From Parerythrobacter sp. (GTDB lineage Bacteria; Pseudomonadota; Alphaproteobacteria; Sphingomonadales; Sphingomonadaceae), in the NCBI GenBank assembly GCA_028289565.1, contig JANQPE010000110.1, positions 2,841 through 66,840 on the forward strand: a stretch of DNA of 64,000 nucleotides, read 5' to 3'. Made by a program: the position numbers and the translations under genes. A model generated the notes under the pieces. The model was not told the origin of the DNA. It saw only the letters and a list, made by a program, of their open reading frames with translations, and made no database searches. How positions within the stretch are numbered: the stretch's first letter is position 1; every line of letters begins with the position of its first letter. Below, one piece after another: positions 1 through 8,268 of the stretch.

Positions 1-3000
1 GTTCATTCCATCGGAATACCCGATAGGATCGGTCTGCATAAATCGGCCAAGCGTCGGCGAATACATACGCGCCTTGTAATTGTAGAGGCCGAGCTCATCG
101 AGCCATACCTGTCCAGTATACTGGAACCGCCCGAGGTTGCTCGCGTCGGGAATGCCGTACTCGTCATAGGAATTGACGGCTAAAACCGTTCCACTGCTAT
201 TGCTTACGCTGACGATGCTGCCTCGTTCATCTGCCATAAGATAACGCCGGTTCGACAGGTTCGCGCCTTCATACCAGACAATCGGGTTGTCGATTCCCGG
301 GCCATGCACATAACGCTGCAGAACCGACCCATTGGAGTCGTATTCTCCAATCATGTTAGCGCCATCATAAAGAAAGTTGGTGGTGCCACTCTTGGTTAAG
401 GCATTCAGCCGCCCCAAGGGACCATAAGCAAGAGTTGCACCGCCAGGGGCAGTCTTCATCATGTTCTCGGATGTGTAACTGAATACGTCGCTGCCTGAGT
501 TTGTGAGATTGCCTCGCGCATCGTAGCTGAGCGTAACACCGCCAGCATTGGTTAGCTGATTCAAGCCATTCGCAGTGTAGTTGCGATCTACGTTGTAGTG
601 ACCCGTCCATGCGTAAGTATCATTGCTGCGGGTCTGGCTCGCAATCTGGCCTGCGGGATTATACGCAAATGTCGTTGTGGTGTCGTGCGATGCACCAGAC
701 AGGTTGCTAGTCAGCGATGAGACGTATTGTTCTGCATTAACTGCATAGCTTTGTACAGCACCATTGCCGAACGTGATCGACGTTCCTCGCTGATGTGTAT
801 CATATGCGTAGGTAGCCAAAACACCCACGCCTGACGTCGCCCCATTTTCACGGATGTGAGTTACCTTGCCCGCCGCGTCATAATCATATTGAACATACAA
901 GCTCGACGCTCCCGAAGCAGTCGGATACGAGATCCGCGTGCGTTGTCCGGCACTATCATACTGGTAGGAGGTTGTTCCCAAACCGTTCACAGTTTGGCTT
1001 AGATTTCTGCCAAGAGCGTCGTGCGTAAAGCTAAGGGTTTGGCCGTTCGACACTGAAGTCGGGCGACCGAGCAGATCGTAAGCGTAGGTAACGTCCGGTT
1101 CTGAGCCAGGAAGGTTCTTCGATACTCGCCGCCCCAAATTATCATAAGCGTAGCTGATCGTTGTGCCATCGCGCAGACGGCTGCTTGTTACGTTGCTATT
1201 AGCATCGAAGGTCAATCGTATAAAATCTGTCGTCGAACTGCTATTTGCTCCCTTGGTAGGACTAGGGAAACGAACCTCGTATCCTCGGTCATGCCCGTCA
1301 TAGAGATAGGTTGTGCGGTTGTTCTCCGCGTCAACCACGTAGGATGATTGGCCATTGGGTGTGTAGACAACAGTAACTTCATCACTGACATCAGTTGTCC
1401 CGACGGCAGTCTGGACTTTGTTGATGCGCCCTGCAGTGTCGTAGAAGTTCTTGGTGATCCGATCCTTGCCATACGCATTGGCTCCAGTGCCTTCGGTGCC
1501 TAGCGAGCAAGCGCTGGCAGGCAGTGACCCGAAGGCTGACGGGTTCATACGTATGGCGGTGCAAGTAAGCCGATTTTCAGTGTCGTAGCTATACTGCGTT
1601 ACCTGAAAAGCGCTAGCACCCGAACCCGACAAGGTTTGTTTGATAACATTGCCATCGGCATCGTAAACCATATCGGCGGTTTGCAGGACAGTCATGGCAT
1701 TGAGTGCAACCTCTGTCGCCGCTGTGGCTGTGCCGGTTTCAACTTTCGTGACGCGGCCCGCGCTATCAAGCGTGTATTTTCGTGCCGACCGACGTTGCGC
1801 ACCGCTGCTATCAGGGTCCGGCCCTATTTCGCCTATTTTCCGGTCTAGATTATCGTAAAAATACGTTACCGTATCATCAGCACCTGGTAGAGGGCCATCG
1901 ATCGCTATCACATTATCTCGGTCATCGTAGGTATAAGATGTCGTTGAGCTAATCGCCCCGTCGCCCGATGCAACGGTTATACTGCTGACCAAAAGGTTTG
2001 GGTTATTGTAAGCGTAAGTGACTTTCGTTTCATTGGCTGATCCAGGGCAAGTCGCCGCAGTGCTACAAGCCGTGGCCTGTGTCAGCTTAACCTGGGGAAT
2101 ATTCGAGTTAACAAGCGTCCCTGATCCGCTCATCACCTGTGCATAGAGGTTGGAGTAGACATAGTTAATTTCAGGCCGAGGAGCGCCACTGGTCGGCGCA
2201 GGCAATCTTACGCGAGTGAGTTGGCCGTGCGTAGCGTCATATGTGAAATCTGTCCTGTTTCCTTTGCCGTCAATTACATAGTTGGGCTTGTTGCATGTAA
2301 GGACGTTTGAACAGGTCGCGTCGAAATTCGCGCTGGTAGTGATGTTGGGAGTTCCGCTGCCGGATTTGGCAACATTCAAGGTTTGCGTGATGTTCCCACG
2401 GGCATCTCGAGTATATTGAATGTAATTACCCTCAGGCTGGGTGATTCGTGTAACGCGGCCATTGGAGTCATATTGATAACTGACAGTTTGACCGACCCCA
2501 TTGGTAGCAGTCGAAGGCTGAGGGGTTGTAGGGCTGGTGTTCACGGTGGTTGTTGTGCCAACACCATCCGTGGCTGTCACAGTCGGCGCTCCGCCAGTTC
2601 CAGTTCCCCAATTATACGTTTCTGTCTCACCGTCATCGGTTATCGAAGTCACGCGCCAGGTGCTTGTATTGCGATTGATGATGGTCGTGTCGGTCGTCGC
2701 ACCCGGGCGGCGAAGTTTGATTTGACCGTTGGTTTTGTGCCTTGCAATCCGCCAGTCACCCGTTTGGCTGTTATTGATCTCCAGTACATATTCATTTGCG
2801 TTGCTGGCATTTACATAGCTGACGGTTGGCCAGTCGCCGGCAACATTATCGCAATTGTTCCCGAACTCTGGGCAAACGACCTGACTGACATCGAGAAACT
2901 TAAGGCCGGTTCTTTCGTACCATCCGGATGGCGGCAATGCGGTACCGCCAGTGCTGTCCTGATTGGAGGCGTACTTGATTTTCATGGCGTAGCTGGAATT

Positions 3001-3747
3001 GCTCCGCACGTCCTGTAATCGGTATGTTACGGTGCATGGGTCAGTCGAGCCGGGATCTCCGGGATTTCCGCCCTCGCCGGGAATACCTTCACCCCCACCA
3101 CCAATGGGAGGAAGCCCGCCACCACCGCCACCGCCAGAAGCGGGGCATTGCTTGGCCACATGCCAGTAGAGCGCATATCGCACATCATTGGGCCGAGTAA
3201 TCGAGACAGGTAGGCCGCATTGGATTGCGTTATCCTTCTCGCAATAGGTGCTCGGCATGATGATCATGTCTTGAGCACTGGCAAGCACCCGAATTTTCGG
3301 ATCTTGATACTCGATCACCGTTCCGTCTGGTGCGGTGTATATGAACTGTGGGGTCAGTTGAGTAGTGGAGCCTGTTTCCACCAGCGTAGCACCGTTCGCT
3401 TTGACGGCAACCCAGTTGGAACCGACCTTGTTGAAACGCTCGGTGAGGCTGCCCAAGGTGATGACAATTGTGTTCGAATCCGTTTTGCGAAGATCGCCCG
3501 ACCAATTATCGCGATAACCCGCCGAACCCAAATGGCGGACCATTGCAACGCCGCCCTCAGCAGGACCGATACTGCCCTCAACGATTTCCCGATTGAATGA
3601 ACCCGAAACAAGATCGACACCGTGTTCGTCAGTGCTTCGATATTCTTCCGGCGTATCAGTTTCTTGGGCAAACGCTGGACTGATTACACCAGTTAGAAGA
3701 GCGGTTGAGCAAAGAACCCTACAAAAGTGTCTTTTGGGGTTGGACAA
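1..3747 (-). CDS. RHS/YD-repeat family protein with an N-terminal Sec signal peptide. The 3' end (end of the RHS core and any toxin tip) runs off the left window edge.
   Basis: It is not in the ORF track because there is no stop inside the window. I phased forward triplets on position 1 and found no tta/cta/tca from 1 to 3915, so the minus frame is open. It has more than 15 YD repeats (YQYDSNGRVTRI, FTYDATHGQLTRV, YAYDNLGRRVSK, YAYDLLGRPTSV, YQYDSAGQRTRI, YDYDAAGKVTHI, LSYDARGNLTNS and others). At the edge lies the conserved RHS core end YNYKARMYSPTLGRFMQTDPIGYSDGMN. I set the start at TTG 3747, with GGAG 8 nt upstream, which gives the signal peptide MSNPKRHFCRVLCSTALLTGVISPAFA/QE. In-frame TTG 3777 and ATG 3912 are alternative starts. 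Confidence 0.85.
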   Translation of the reverse strand, partial: MSNPKRHFCRVLCSTALLTGVISPAFAQETDTPEEYRSTDEHGVDLVSGSFNREIVEGSIGPAEGGVAMVRHLGSAGYRDNWSGDLRKTDSNTIVITLGSLTERFNKVGSNWVAVKANGATLVETGSTTQLTPQFIYTAPDGTVIEYQDPKIRVLASAQDMIIMPSTYCEKDNAIQCGLPVSITRPNDVRYALYWHVAKQCPASGGGGGGGLPPIGGGGEGIPGEGGNPGDPGSTDPCTVTYRLQDVRSNSSYAMKIKYASNQDSTGGTALPPSGWYERTGLKFLDVSQVVCPEFGNNCDNVAGDWPTVSYVNASNANEYVLEINNSQTGDWRIARHKTNGQIKLRRPGATTDTTIINRNTSTWRVTSITDDGETETYNWGTGTGGAPTVTATDGVGTTTTVNTSPTTPQPSTATNGVGQTVSYQYDSNGRVTRITQPEGNYIQYTRDARGNITQTLNVAKSGSGTPNITTSANFDATCSNVLTCNKPNYVIDGKGNRTDFTYDATHGQLTRVRLPAPTSGAPRPEINYVYSNLYAQVMSGSGTLVNSNIPQVKLTQATACSTAATCPGSANETKVTYAYNNPNLLVSSITVASGDGAISSTTSYTYDDRDNVIAIDGPLPGADDTVTYFYDNLDRKIGEIGPDPDSSGAQRRSARKYTLDSAGRVTKVETGTATAATEVALNAMTVLQTADMVYDADGNVIKQTLSGSGASAFQVTQYSYDTENRLTCTAIRMNPSAFGSLPASACSLGTEGTGANAYGKDRITKNFYDTAGRINKVQTAVGTTDVSDEVTVVYTPNGQSSYVVDAENNRTTYLYDGHDRGYEVRFPSPTKGANSSSTTDFIRLTFDANSNVTSSRLRDGTTISYAYDNLGRRVSKNLPGSEPDVTYAYDLLGRPTSVSNGQTLSFTHDALGRNLSQTVNGLGTTSYQYDSAGQRTRISYPTASGASSLYVQYDYDAAGKVTHIRENGATSGVGVLATYAYDTHQRGTSITFGNGAVQSYAVNAEQYVSSLTSNLSGASHDTTTTFAYNPAGQIASQTRSNDTYAWTGHYNVDRNYTANGLNQLTNAGGVTLSYDARGNLTNSGSDVFSYTSENMMKTAPGGATLAYGPLGRLNALTKSGTTNFLYDGANMIGEYDSNGSVLQRYVHGPGIDNPIVWYEGANLSNRRYLMADERGSIVSVSNSSGTVLAVNSYDEYGIPDASNLGRFQYTGQVWLDELGLYNYKARMYSPTLGRFMQTDPIGYSDGMN

Positions 3748-3826
3748 GGTACGTACTCCGAAGCGAATGCAAGACAAGTGCGAAGCGGGGTCAATAAAGT
3801 TGGCCCGGCTCCATGAAAGCAACCTG

Positions 3827-4066
3827 CTATGGAGAATTGTTGGGAGACCCGGTGGTTTTGGCCTTCTTGCGATTATCTGCCTTGTCGTGCTCGTACTCGG
3901 TTTTGACGCCATTGTTCACTGAACCGCTGCGCTCGACTTTAACTAGGCGACCTTTGGCATCGTATGTGTACTTAATCGTTTCAGTTGCCAGAGCAGCACT
4001 GGAAAGGATGGAAAAAGTCACAAAAACGGATGCGCAAAGCATTGAAGTAAATTTTACATTTCGCAT
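3827..4066 (-). CDS. Small secreted protein with a single YD repeat
   Basis: 79-aa ORF. It has a signal peptide MRNVKFTSMLCASVFVTFSILSSAALA/TE, one YD repeat (YTYDAKGRLVKVE) and a charged Lys/Asp-rich tail. It lies on the same strand as the RHS gene, 80 nt upstream of its start. Confidence 0.55.
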   Translation of the reverse strand: MRNVKFTSMLCASVFVTFSILSSAALATETIKYTYDAKGRLVKVERSGSVNNGVKTEYEHDKADNRKKAKTTGSPNNSP

Positions 4067-4636
4067 AATGGCGGACTCTTAGAAGCACTTGGTGATTGCA
4101 TGGTATAGCCGTGATCATGTTCGTCAATACACTTGCTGATGGGACAGAGCTATCCAGAGGTTCGGTTCCGTAGATTAATCCCGGTTATGCTCTAAATCTA
4201 TAGGCAGTTTGGCTTAACGGAATGGCTATTTGTTACCAAACTGGTCCCCAATGAGAACAAACTTGTGTCATCACCTCTTTCCCTCACGCCCGGTTTGGGC
4301 TAGGAAATCCGCGTGAAACCAGTGCCTTTTCCGCCATTGAACGGTCGGGGTAGTGGTGGATCAGACCATGCACATATGGGGAACAACTTCGTGCACACCG
4401 TACGCAGCGGTGCCGCACCTTAACTAAATGAATTCGCCAAGGAAATTGGCAGTGTCCACTTCTGGACCATTTGCAGCACAGTCCTCTTTTGAGTGTGCCG
4501 AACTGGTATAGTTTGCTGTAAGGAACTGATAAACATTGGAATTTTTCCGGTTTCCTGCACCCCAACCACTGACATAGAGTGGCACTTGCCTTTCGAAGGG
4601 TGAGCCAGGTTCTTTGAACATCAAGGAGCTTGAATC

Positions 4637-4933
4637 ATGCGACGAGATTACACGTTCACAATGGCCAATCGGGACCAAACCGAAGGCCTATCAGATCAAT
4701 GCGAGTTTCCCTTTGAAGCTCAGCAACACCGGCGAGAAGCTGGACCCAATGAGAAGCCTATCCGGCGCTTCATTCGGCTCCGGGAGGTATTGCATCGGAC
4801 AGGTCTAGGCAGGTCCACGGTCTACCGCTGGATGGATGAAGGCCGGTTCCCGAGGTCGGTTCGCCTAGGCGGTCGTTCGGTCGCGTGGATCGAACACGAG
4901 ATCGACGAATGGCTTCAGGATCGATGCAGATGA
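4637..4933 (+). CDS. AlpA-family (prophage CP4-57-type) helix-turn-helix transcriptional regulator
   Basis: 98-aa ORF. The C-terminal IRLREVLHRTGLGRSTVYRWMDEGRFPRSVRLGGRSVAWIEHEIDEWL is the AlpA/MerR-like HTH pattern. AGGAG lies 8 nt upstream of ATG 4637. Confidence 0.8.
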   Translation: MRRDYTFTMANRDQTEGLSDQCEFPFEAQQHRREAGPNEKPIRRFIRLREVLHRTGLGRSTVYRWMDEGRFPRSVRLGGRSVAWIEHEIDEWLQDRCR

Positions 4934-4952
4934 GGCTAACTCCGGATTGCCT

Positions 4953-4982
4953 GACAGGGACAGAAATTTCGTGTTCCCTGTC
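4953..4982 (+). terminator. Hairpin 20 nt downstream of the alpA-like stop (no U-tract)
   Basis: gacaggga (4953-4960) and tccctgtc (4975-4982) are reverse complements, giving an 8-bp stem and a 14-nt loop. The hairpin is followed by ggcggatcc, so it is not a canonical intrinsic terminator. Confidence 0.3.
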
Positions 4983-5506
4983 GGCGGATCCGGTGCATAC
5001 TGGGGCTCCAAAATACCCTGTTCGAGTCACAATACCGGACTCACATTTCCACAAATTTTGGTGGGGGCATGGCGGGGGGCATGAGCAAATTGCACTCGTC
5101 GAACTCACTGATTTATCAGTATTTTAGACGGGAATTTTGGGTCCCGTAAGCGCACCAGAGCTTCCTCCCAAATAGTCTCAGGAAACACTGGCTTTCAGTG
5201 CTTCCTGGGGCATGGTCGGGTTTCTTATGTCCTTGTTCTGCCGCGCTCCGCATCCTCAGATCTCTGATGATTTGGAGGTATAATAAGGGGTATGGCGCAT
5301 AGCGAGCTTACGCGTTGCTCAAGGATATCAGCGGCAAACATCGGGCCGATCTTCCACCAGCCATGCTGCGACCCGCGCCATGGGTTCTGGCGGGAGACAG
5401 GCGGTTGTAGATAGCGCCCTTCAAGCCCCAGCACTTTTGACGATTATCGCCAGCAATTGCTTGGGTTAGAAACTTGGTTCTACAGTCGAACCAGGAGAAG
5501 GCGCCA

Positions 5507-6271
5507 ATGGATCTGGGATTGAAGGGCAAGAGGGTGATCATGAATGGCGGGGCGCATGGCTTGGGTCTTGCATCGCTAAAACTGTTCGCAGCGGAAGGCG
5601 CAGATGTCGCGTTCTTCAGCCGCAAGGAAGACAAGATTGAGGCCGCCAAGGCGGAAATCGACGCCGCCGGCCCGGGCAAGGTATTTGGCGAAGTCTTCGA
5701 CATGGCTTCGGGCGGGGGTGCTTATAAGGCCTGGCTGGAGAAGGCCGCTGGCGAACTCAGTGGATGCGATATCTTTGTTCACACCGCGAGCTCGTCGGGT
5801 ACTGGCGGCACTGCTGATTGGCAAAACGGACTCGACATGGACATTATGGGTGCCGTGAACGGGGTTGAAACACTTACGCCGCATCTCGCCAATTCGGAAT
5901 CAGGATCGATCGTGTTCATGAGTTCGACCGCCGCTCTTGAGACTTTTATTGCACCGCAAGCGTTCAATGCACTCAAGGCAGCGCTGATAACCTATGGCTC
6001 GCAGCTCAGCCAGGCGCTCGCCCCGCAAGGTATTCGCGTGAACTGTGTCTCTCCGGGTGCGATCTATTATCCGGGCGGCAATTGGGAAGTGATTGAAGGC
6101 GCCATGCCCGAGCTGTTCCAGGGCACGCTTGCGAAAATGCCCATGGGGCGTTTCGGCAATGACCAGGAAGTCGCGAATGCGATTGTCTTCACCGCCAGCC
6201 CCGCCGTGCCATACATGACGGGCGCGAACATCGTTGTCGATGGTGGCTTTACGCAACGCGTTCAATTCTAA
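5507..6271 (+). CDS. Short-chain dehydrogenase/reductase-fold protein, atypical (catalytic Tyr position is Phe)
   Basis: The C-terminal part of the ORF-track entry 5474..6271 carries the SDR layout: MNGGAHGLGLA Gly-rich loop, SST Ser, IRVNCVSPGAI. I moved the start to ATG 5507, behind AGGAGAAGG. The YxxxK position reads AFNALK. Confidence 0.8.
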   Translation: MDLGLKGKRVIMNGGAHGLGLASLKLFAAEGADVAFFSRKEDKIEAAKAEIDAAGPGKVFGEVFDMASGGGAYKAWLEKAAGELSGCDIFVHTASSSGTGGTADWQNGLDMDIMGAVNGVETLTPHLANSESGSIVFMSSTAALETFIAPQAFNALKAALITYGSQLSQALAPQGIRVNCVSPGAIYYPGGNWEVIEGAMPELFQGTLAKMPMGRFGNDQEVANAIVFTASPAVPYMTGANIVVDGGFTQRVQF

Positions 6272-6301
6272 GCGCATTCACCAACAGGAAGGCCCGACCC
6301 T

Positions 6302-7282
6302 ATGGCTGAAATCGCCAAAGAGATCGATCGTGATAAGCTGCTCGATATCTATACCCGCACGATGAAGGTGAACCGCACCGACGAGAAGTTCCGTGAGCTG
6401 TTGATGCAGGGCAAGGTCGCCGTCATGTATTATTGCGTGCGCGGGCAGGAGCTCGTTTCTGCCGCCGCCATGGCCGCGTTGGAGCAAGACGATTATGTTG
6501 TTTGTACCTATCGCGGGCAGGGCGAACAGACCGCCAAAGGTATTCCCATCGAGAAATGGTGGGGTGAATGCCTGGGCAAGGTAACCGGTACTTGCAAGGG
6601 CAAGGGCGGTACGATGCATATCACTGATCCGGATACCGGCATCATGGTGACAACCGGTGTGGTCGGATCGGGCCTTCCGATTGCCAACGGGTTGGCCATG
6701 GCGAGCCAGAATAATGGCGATGGGCGGGTGACGCTTGTGAGCTTTGGCGATGGCGCGGCCAATATTGGCGGCTTTCACGAAGCAATGAACATGGCCCAGC
6801 TATATAAATTGCCGGTCGTCTTCCTGTGCCAAAACAACAGATATGGTGAACATACTGCGTATGCCGATCATACCGATACCAGGCAGATAAGTGATCGTGC
6901 GGCGGGGTATGGCATGCGTGGTGTCACCGTTGACGGCAATGATGTGCGCCAAGTCTATCCCGCCATGAAAGAGGCGGTTGATCGTGCTCGTGCGGGTGAG
7001 GGACCGACTTTGGTCGAGGCGATGTGCTATCGCATGATGGGGCACTTCTTCGGATCGGACTTCTCATACATGCCCGACGAGCATTTGGCTGAAATGCAAG
7101 CTGAAGATCCATTGCCCAAGCTGCGCGAGGTCATGCTGGAGCATCAGTTCAGCGAAGAAGAACTCGACAAGATTGTAGCGGATATCAATGCTGAGATCGA
7201 TGCTGCGGCCCAGGCTGCACTCGATGCTGAACTGCCGAGCACCGATGAGATCTACAAGGATGTACTTGAGGAGACCGCGTGA
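6302..7282 (+). CDS. Thiamine-diphosphate-dependent 2-oxoacid/acetoin dehydrogenase E1 component, alpha subunit
   Basis: 326 aa. It has the TPP-binding motif GDGAANIGGFHEAMNMAQLYKLPVVFLCQNN and the E1alpha-type YRMMGH segment. Its stop overlaps the next start (7279-7282). Confidence 0.85.
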   Translation: MAEIAKEIDRDKLLDIYTRTMKVNRTDEKFRELLMQGKVAVMYYCVRGQELVSAAAMAALEQDDYVVCTYRGQGEQTAKGIPIEKWWGECLGKVTGTCKGKGGTMHITDPDTGIMVTTGVVGSGLPIANGLAMASQNNGDGRVTLVSFGDGAANIGGFHEAMNMAQLYKLPVVFLCQNNRYGEHTAYADHTDTRQISDRAAGYGMRGVTVDGNDVRQVYPAMKEAVDRARAGEGPTLVEAMCYRMMGHFFGSDFSYMPDEHLAEMQAEDPLPKLREVMLEHQFSEEELDKIVADINAEIDAAAQAALDAELPSTDEIYKDVLEETA

Positions 7283-8268
7283 TGGCCGAGATCACCATGA
7301 CAGAGGCCCTCAACAAGGCCATCGATGAAGCCATGGCTGAAGATGACGGTGTGTTCTGCCTGGGTGAGGATGTCGCTGCCAAGCAGGGGGGCGGTGTGTT
7401 CAAAATCACCTCTGGCCTGACCGAGAAATATGGTGAGCATCGCATCCGTGCGACACCGATTTCGGAAACCGCGATAATTGGTGCCGCGGTGGGCGCTGCG
7501 CTCGCCGGACAACGGCCGATCGCGGAAATCATGCTGATGAATTTTGTCGGCGTGTGCATGGATCAGATCGTCAATCACGCCGCCAAACTGCGTTTCATGT
7601 CTGGCGGACAAACCAATGTGCCGCTGGTCATTCGCACGACCACAGGTGTGGGTGTGGGTTTTGGCGGGCAGCATTCAGACATGCTCGAAGCCTGGTTCGC
7701 GCATGTTGCGGGCCTGCATGTTGTAACACCCAGCAATGCGGCGGATGCGCGCGGCCTGATGCGGGCATCGATCGACGCCAATGACCCGGTGATCTTCATC
7801 GAGAACATCCTTTGCTATGGCCTGACCTCGGAAGACCCGGGACCCGGCTATCGTGTGCCTCTGGGCAAAGCGGCGATTGCTCGGGAAGGTAGCGATGTCT
7901 CCATCATAACCTATGGTCGCACGGTACTCGATGCGCTCGAGGTCGCAGGCGAAATGGAAAAGGAAGGCATTTCCGTTGAAGTTGTCGATTTGAGGACCAT
8001 AGCTCCTTATGATGAAGAAACCGTGCTTGCCTCGGTTCGCAAGACGGGTCGCGCGATTACCCTGCACGAAGCGGTCCGTCCTTTCGGTACTGGCGCGGAG
8101 ATCGCGGCGAATATTCAGGAGAAATGCTGGAATGATCTTAAGGGACCGGTCAGGCGGATCGGCGGTACATTTTCTGCCGTGCCATTCGCCACCCATCTCG
8201 AGCAGGCCTGGATTCCGACCAAGGAAGAGATTGTTGGCCAGATCAAACTCAGCATGGGTGAAGATTAA
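7279..8268 (+). CDS. 2-oxoacid/acetoin dehydrogenase E1 component, beta subunit (transketolase-like)
   Basis: 329 aa. It has the typical E1beta N-terminus (MTEALNKAIDEAMAEDDGVFCLGEDV...RIRATPISETAIIGAAVGAAL) and C-terminal transketolase domain. It is translationally coupled on both sides. Confidence 0.85.
   Translation: MMAEITMTEALNKAIDEAMAEDDGVFCLGEDVAAKQGGGVFKITSGLTEKYGEHRIRATPISETAIIGAAVGAALAGQRPIAEIMLMNFVGVCMDQIVNHAAKLRFMSGGQTNVPLVIRTTTGVGVGFGGQHSDMLEAWFAHVAGLHVVTPSNAADARGLMRASIDANDPVIFIENILCYGLTSEDPGPGYRVPLGKAAIAREGSDVSIITYGRTVLDALEVAGEMEKEGISVEVVDLRTIAPYDEETVLASVRKTGRAITLHEAVRPFGTGAEIAANIQEKCWNDLKGPVRRIGGTFSAVPFATHLEQAWIPTKEEIVGQIKLSMGED

Larger units (their letters stand above)
1..4933. 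mobile_element. Probable horizontally acquired island segment (RHS locus plus AlpA-type regulator). The left end is outside the window and the right boundary is undefined.
   Basis: Hand-counted spot G+C is 53% (1-60) and 43% (4081-4140), versus 70% (56041-56100). The cargo is typical of islands (RHS toxin-type gene, AlpA-family HTH). No integrase, tRNA or flanking direct repeats were seen, so this is a weak call. Confidence 0.35.

Noticed and set aside
3748-3912. Upstream extension of the RHS frame to ATG 3912 (or TTG 3777)
   Set aside because: The extension would bury the obvious signal peptide ~55 residues inside the protein and overlap the 3' end of the small YD ORF. TTG 3747 has a GGAG at ideal spacing. 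I keep it only as an alternative start.
1636-3922. Plus-strand ORFs inside the RHS gene (1636..1848, 2383..3018, 2537..2725, 3220..3600, 3593..3922) and short minus-strand ORFs in other frames (365..610, 1212..1478, 3230..3505, 3354..3671)
   Set aside because: They all overlap the long, motif-rich RHS reading frame. Their translations are low-complexity (Cys/Arg/Gly-rich) with no recognisable motifs, so they are shadow ORFs.
4284-4678. Minus-strand ORFs 4284..4565 and 4424..4678 in the spacer upstream of the AlpA-like gene
   Set aside because: The composition is Cys/Arg/His-rich or featureless, with no RBS or motif. One overlaps the alpA start. They are more likely non-coding promoter region of the divergent genes.
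5476-5492. tRNA T-arm-like hairpin ggttc-tacagtc-gaacc, considered as a possible tRNA remnant or att site at the island edge
   Set aside because: The loop does not match the T-loop consensus (TTCRANY). No acceptor or anticodon arms can be drawn around it. It sits directly in front of the SDR ribosome-binding site, so it is probably just 5'-UTR structure.
5308-5703. 131-aa minus-strand ORF overlapping the start of the first SDR gene
   Set aside because: It is antisense to a well-supported SDR gene, has an Ala/Ser/Pro-rich translation and carries no motifs.
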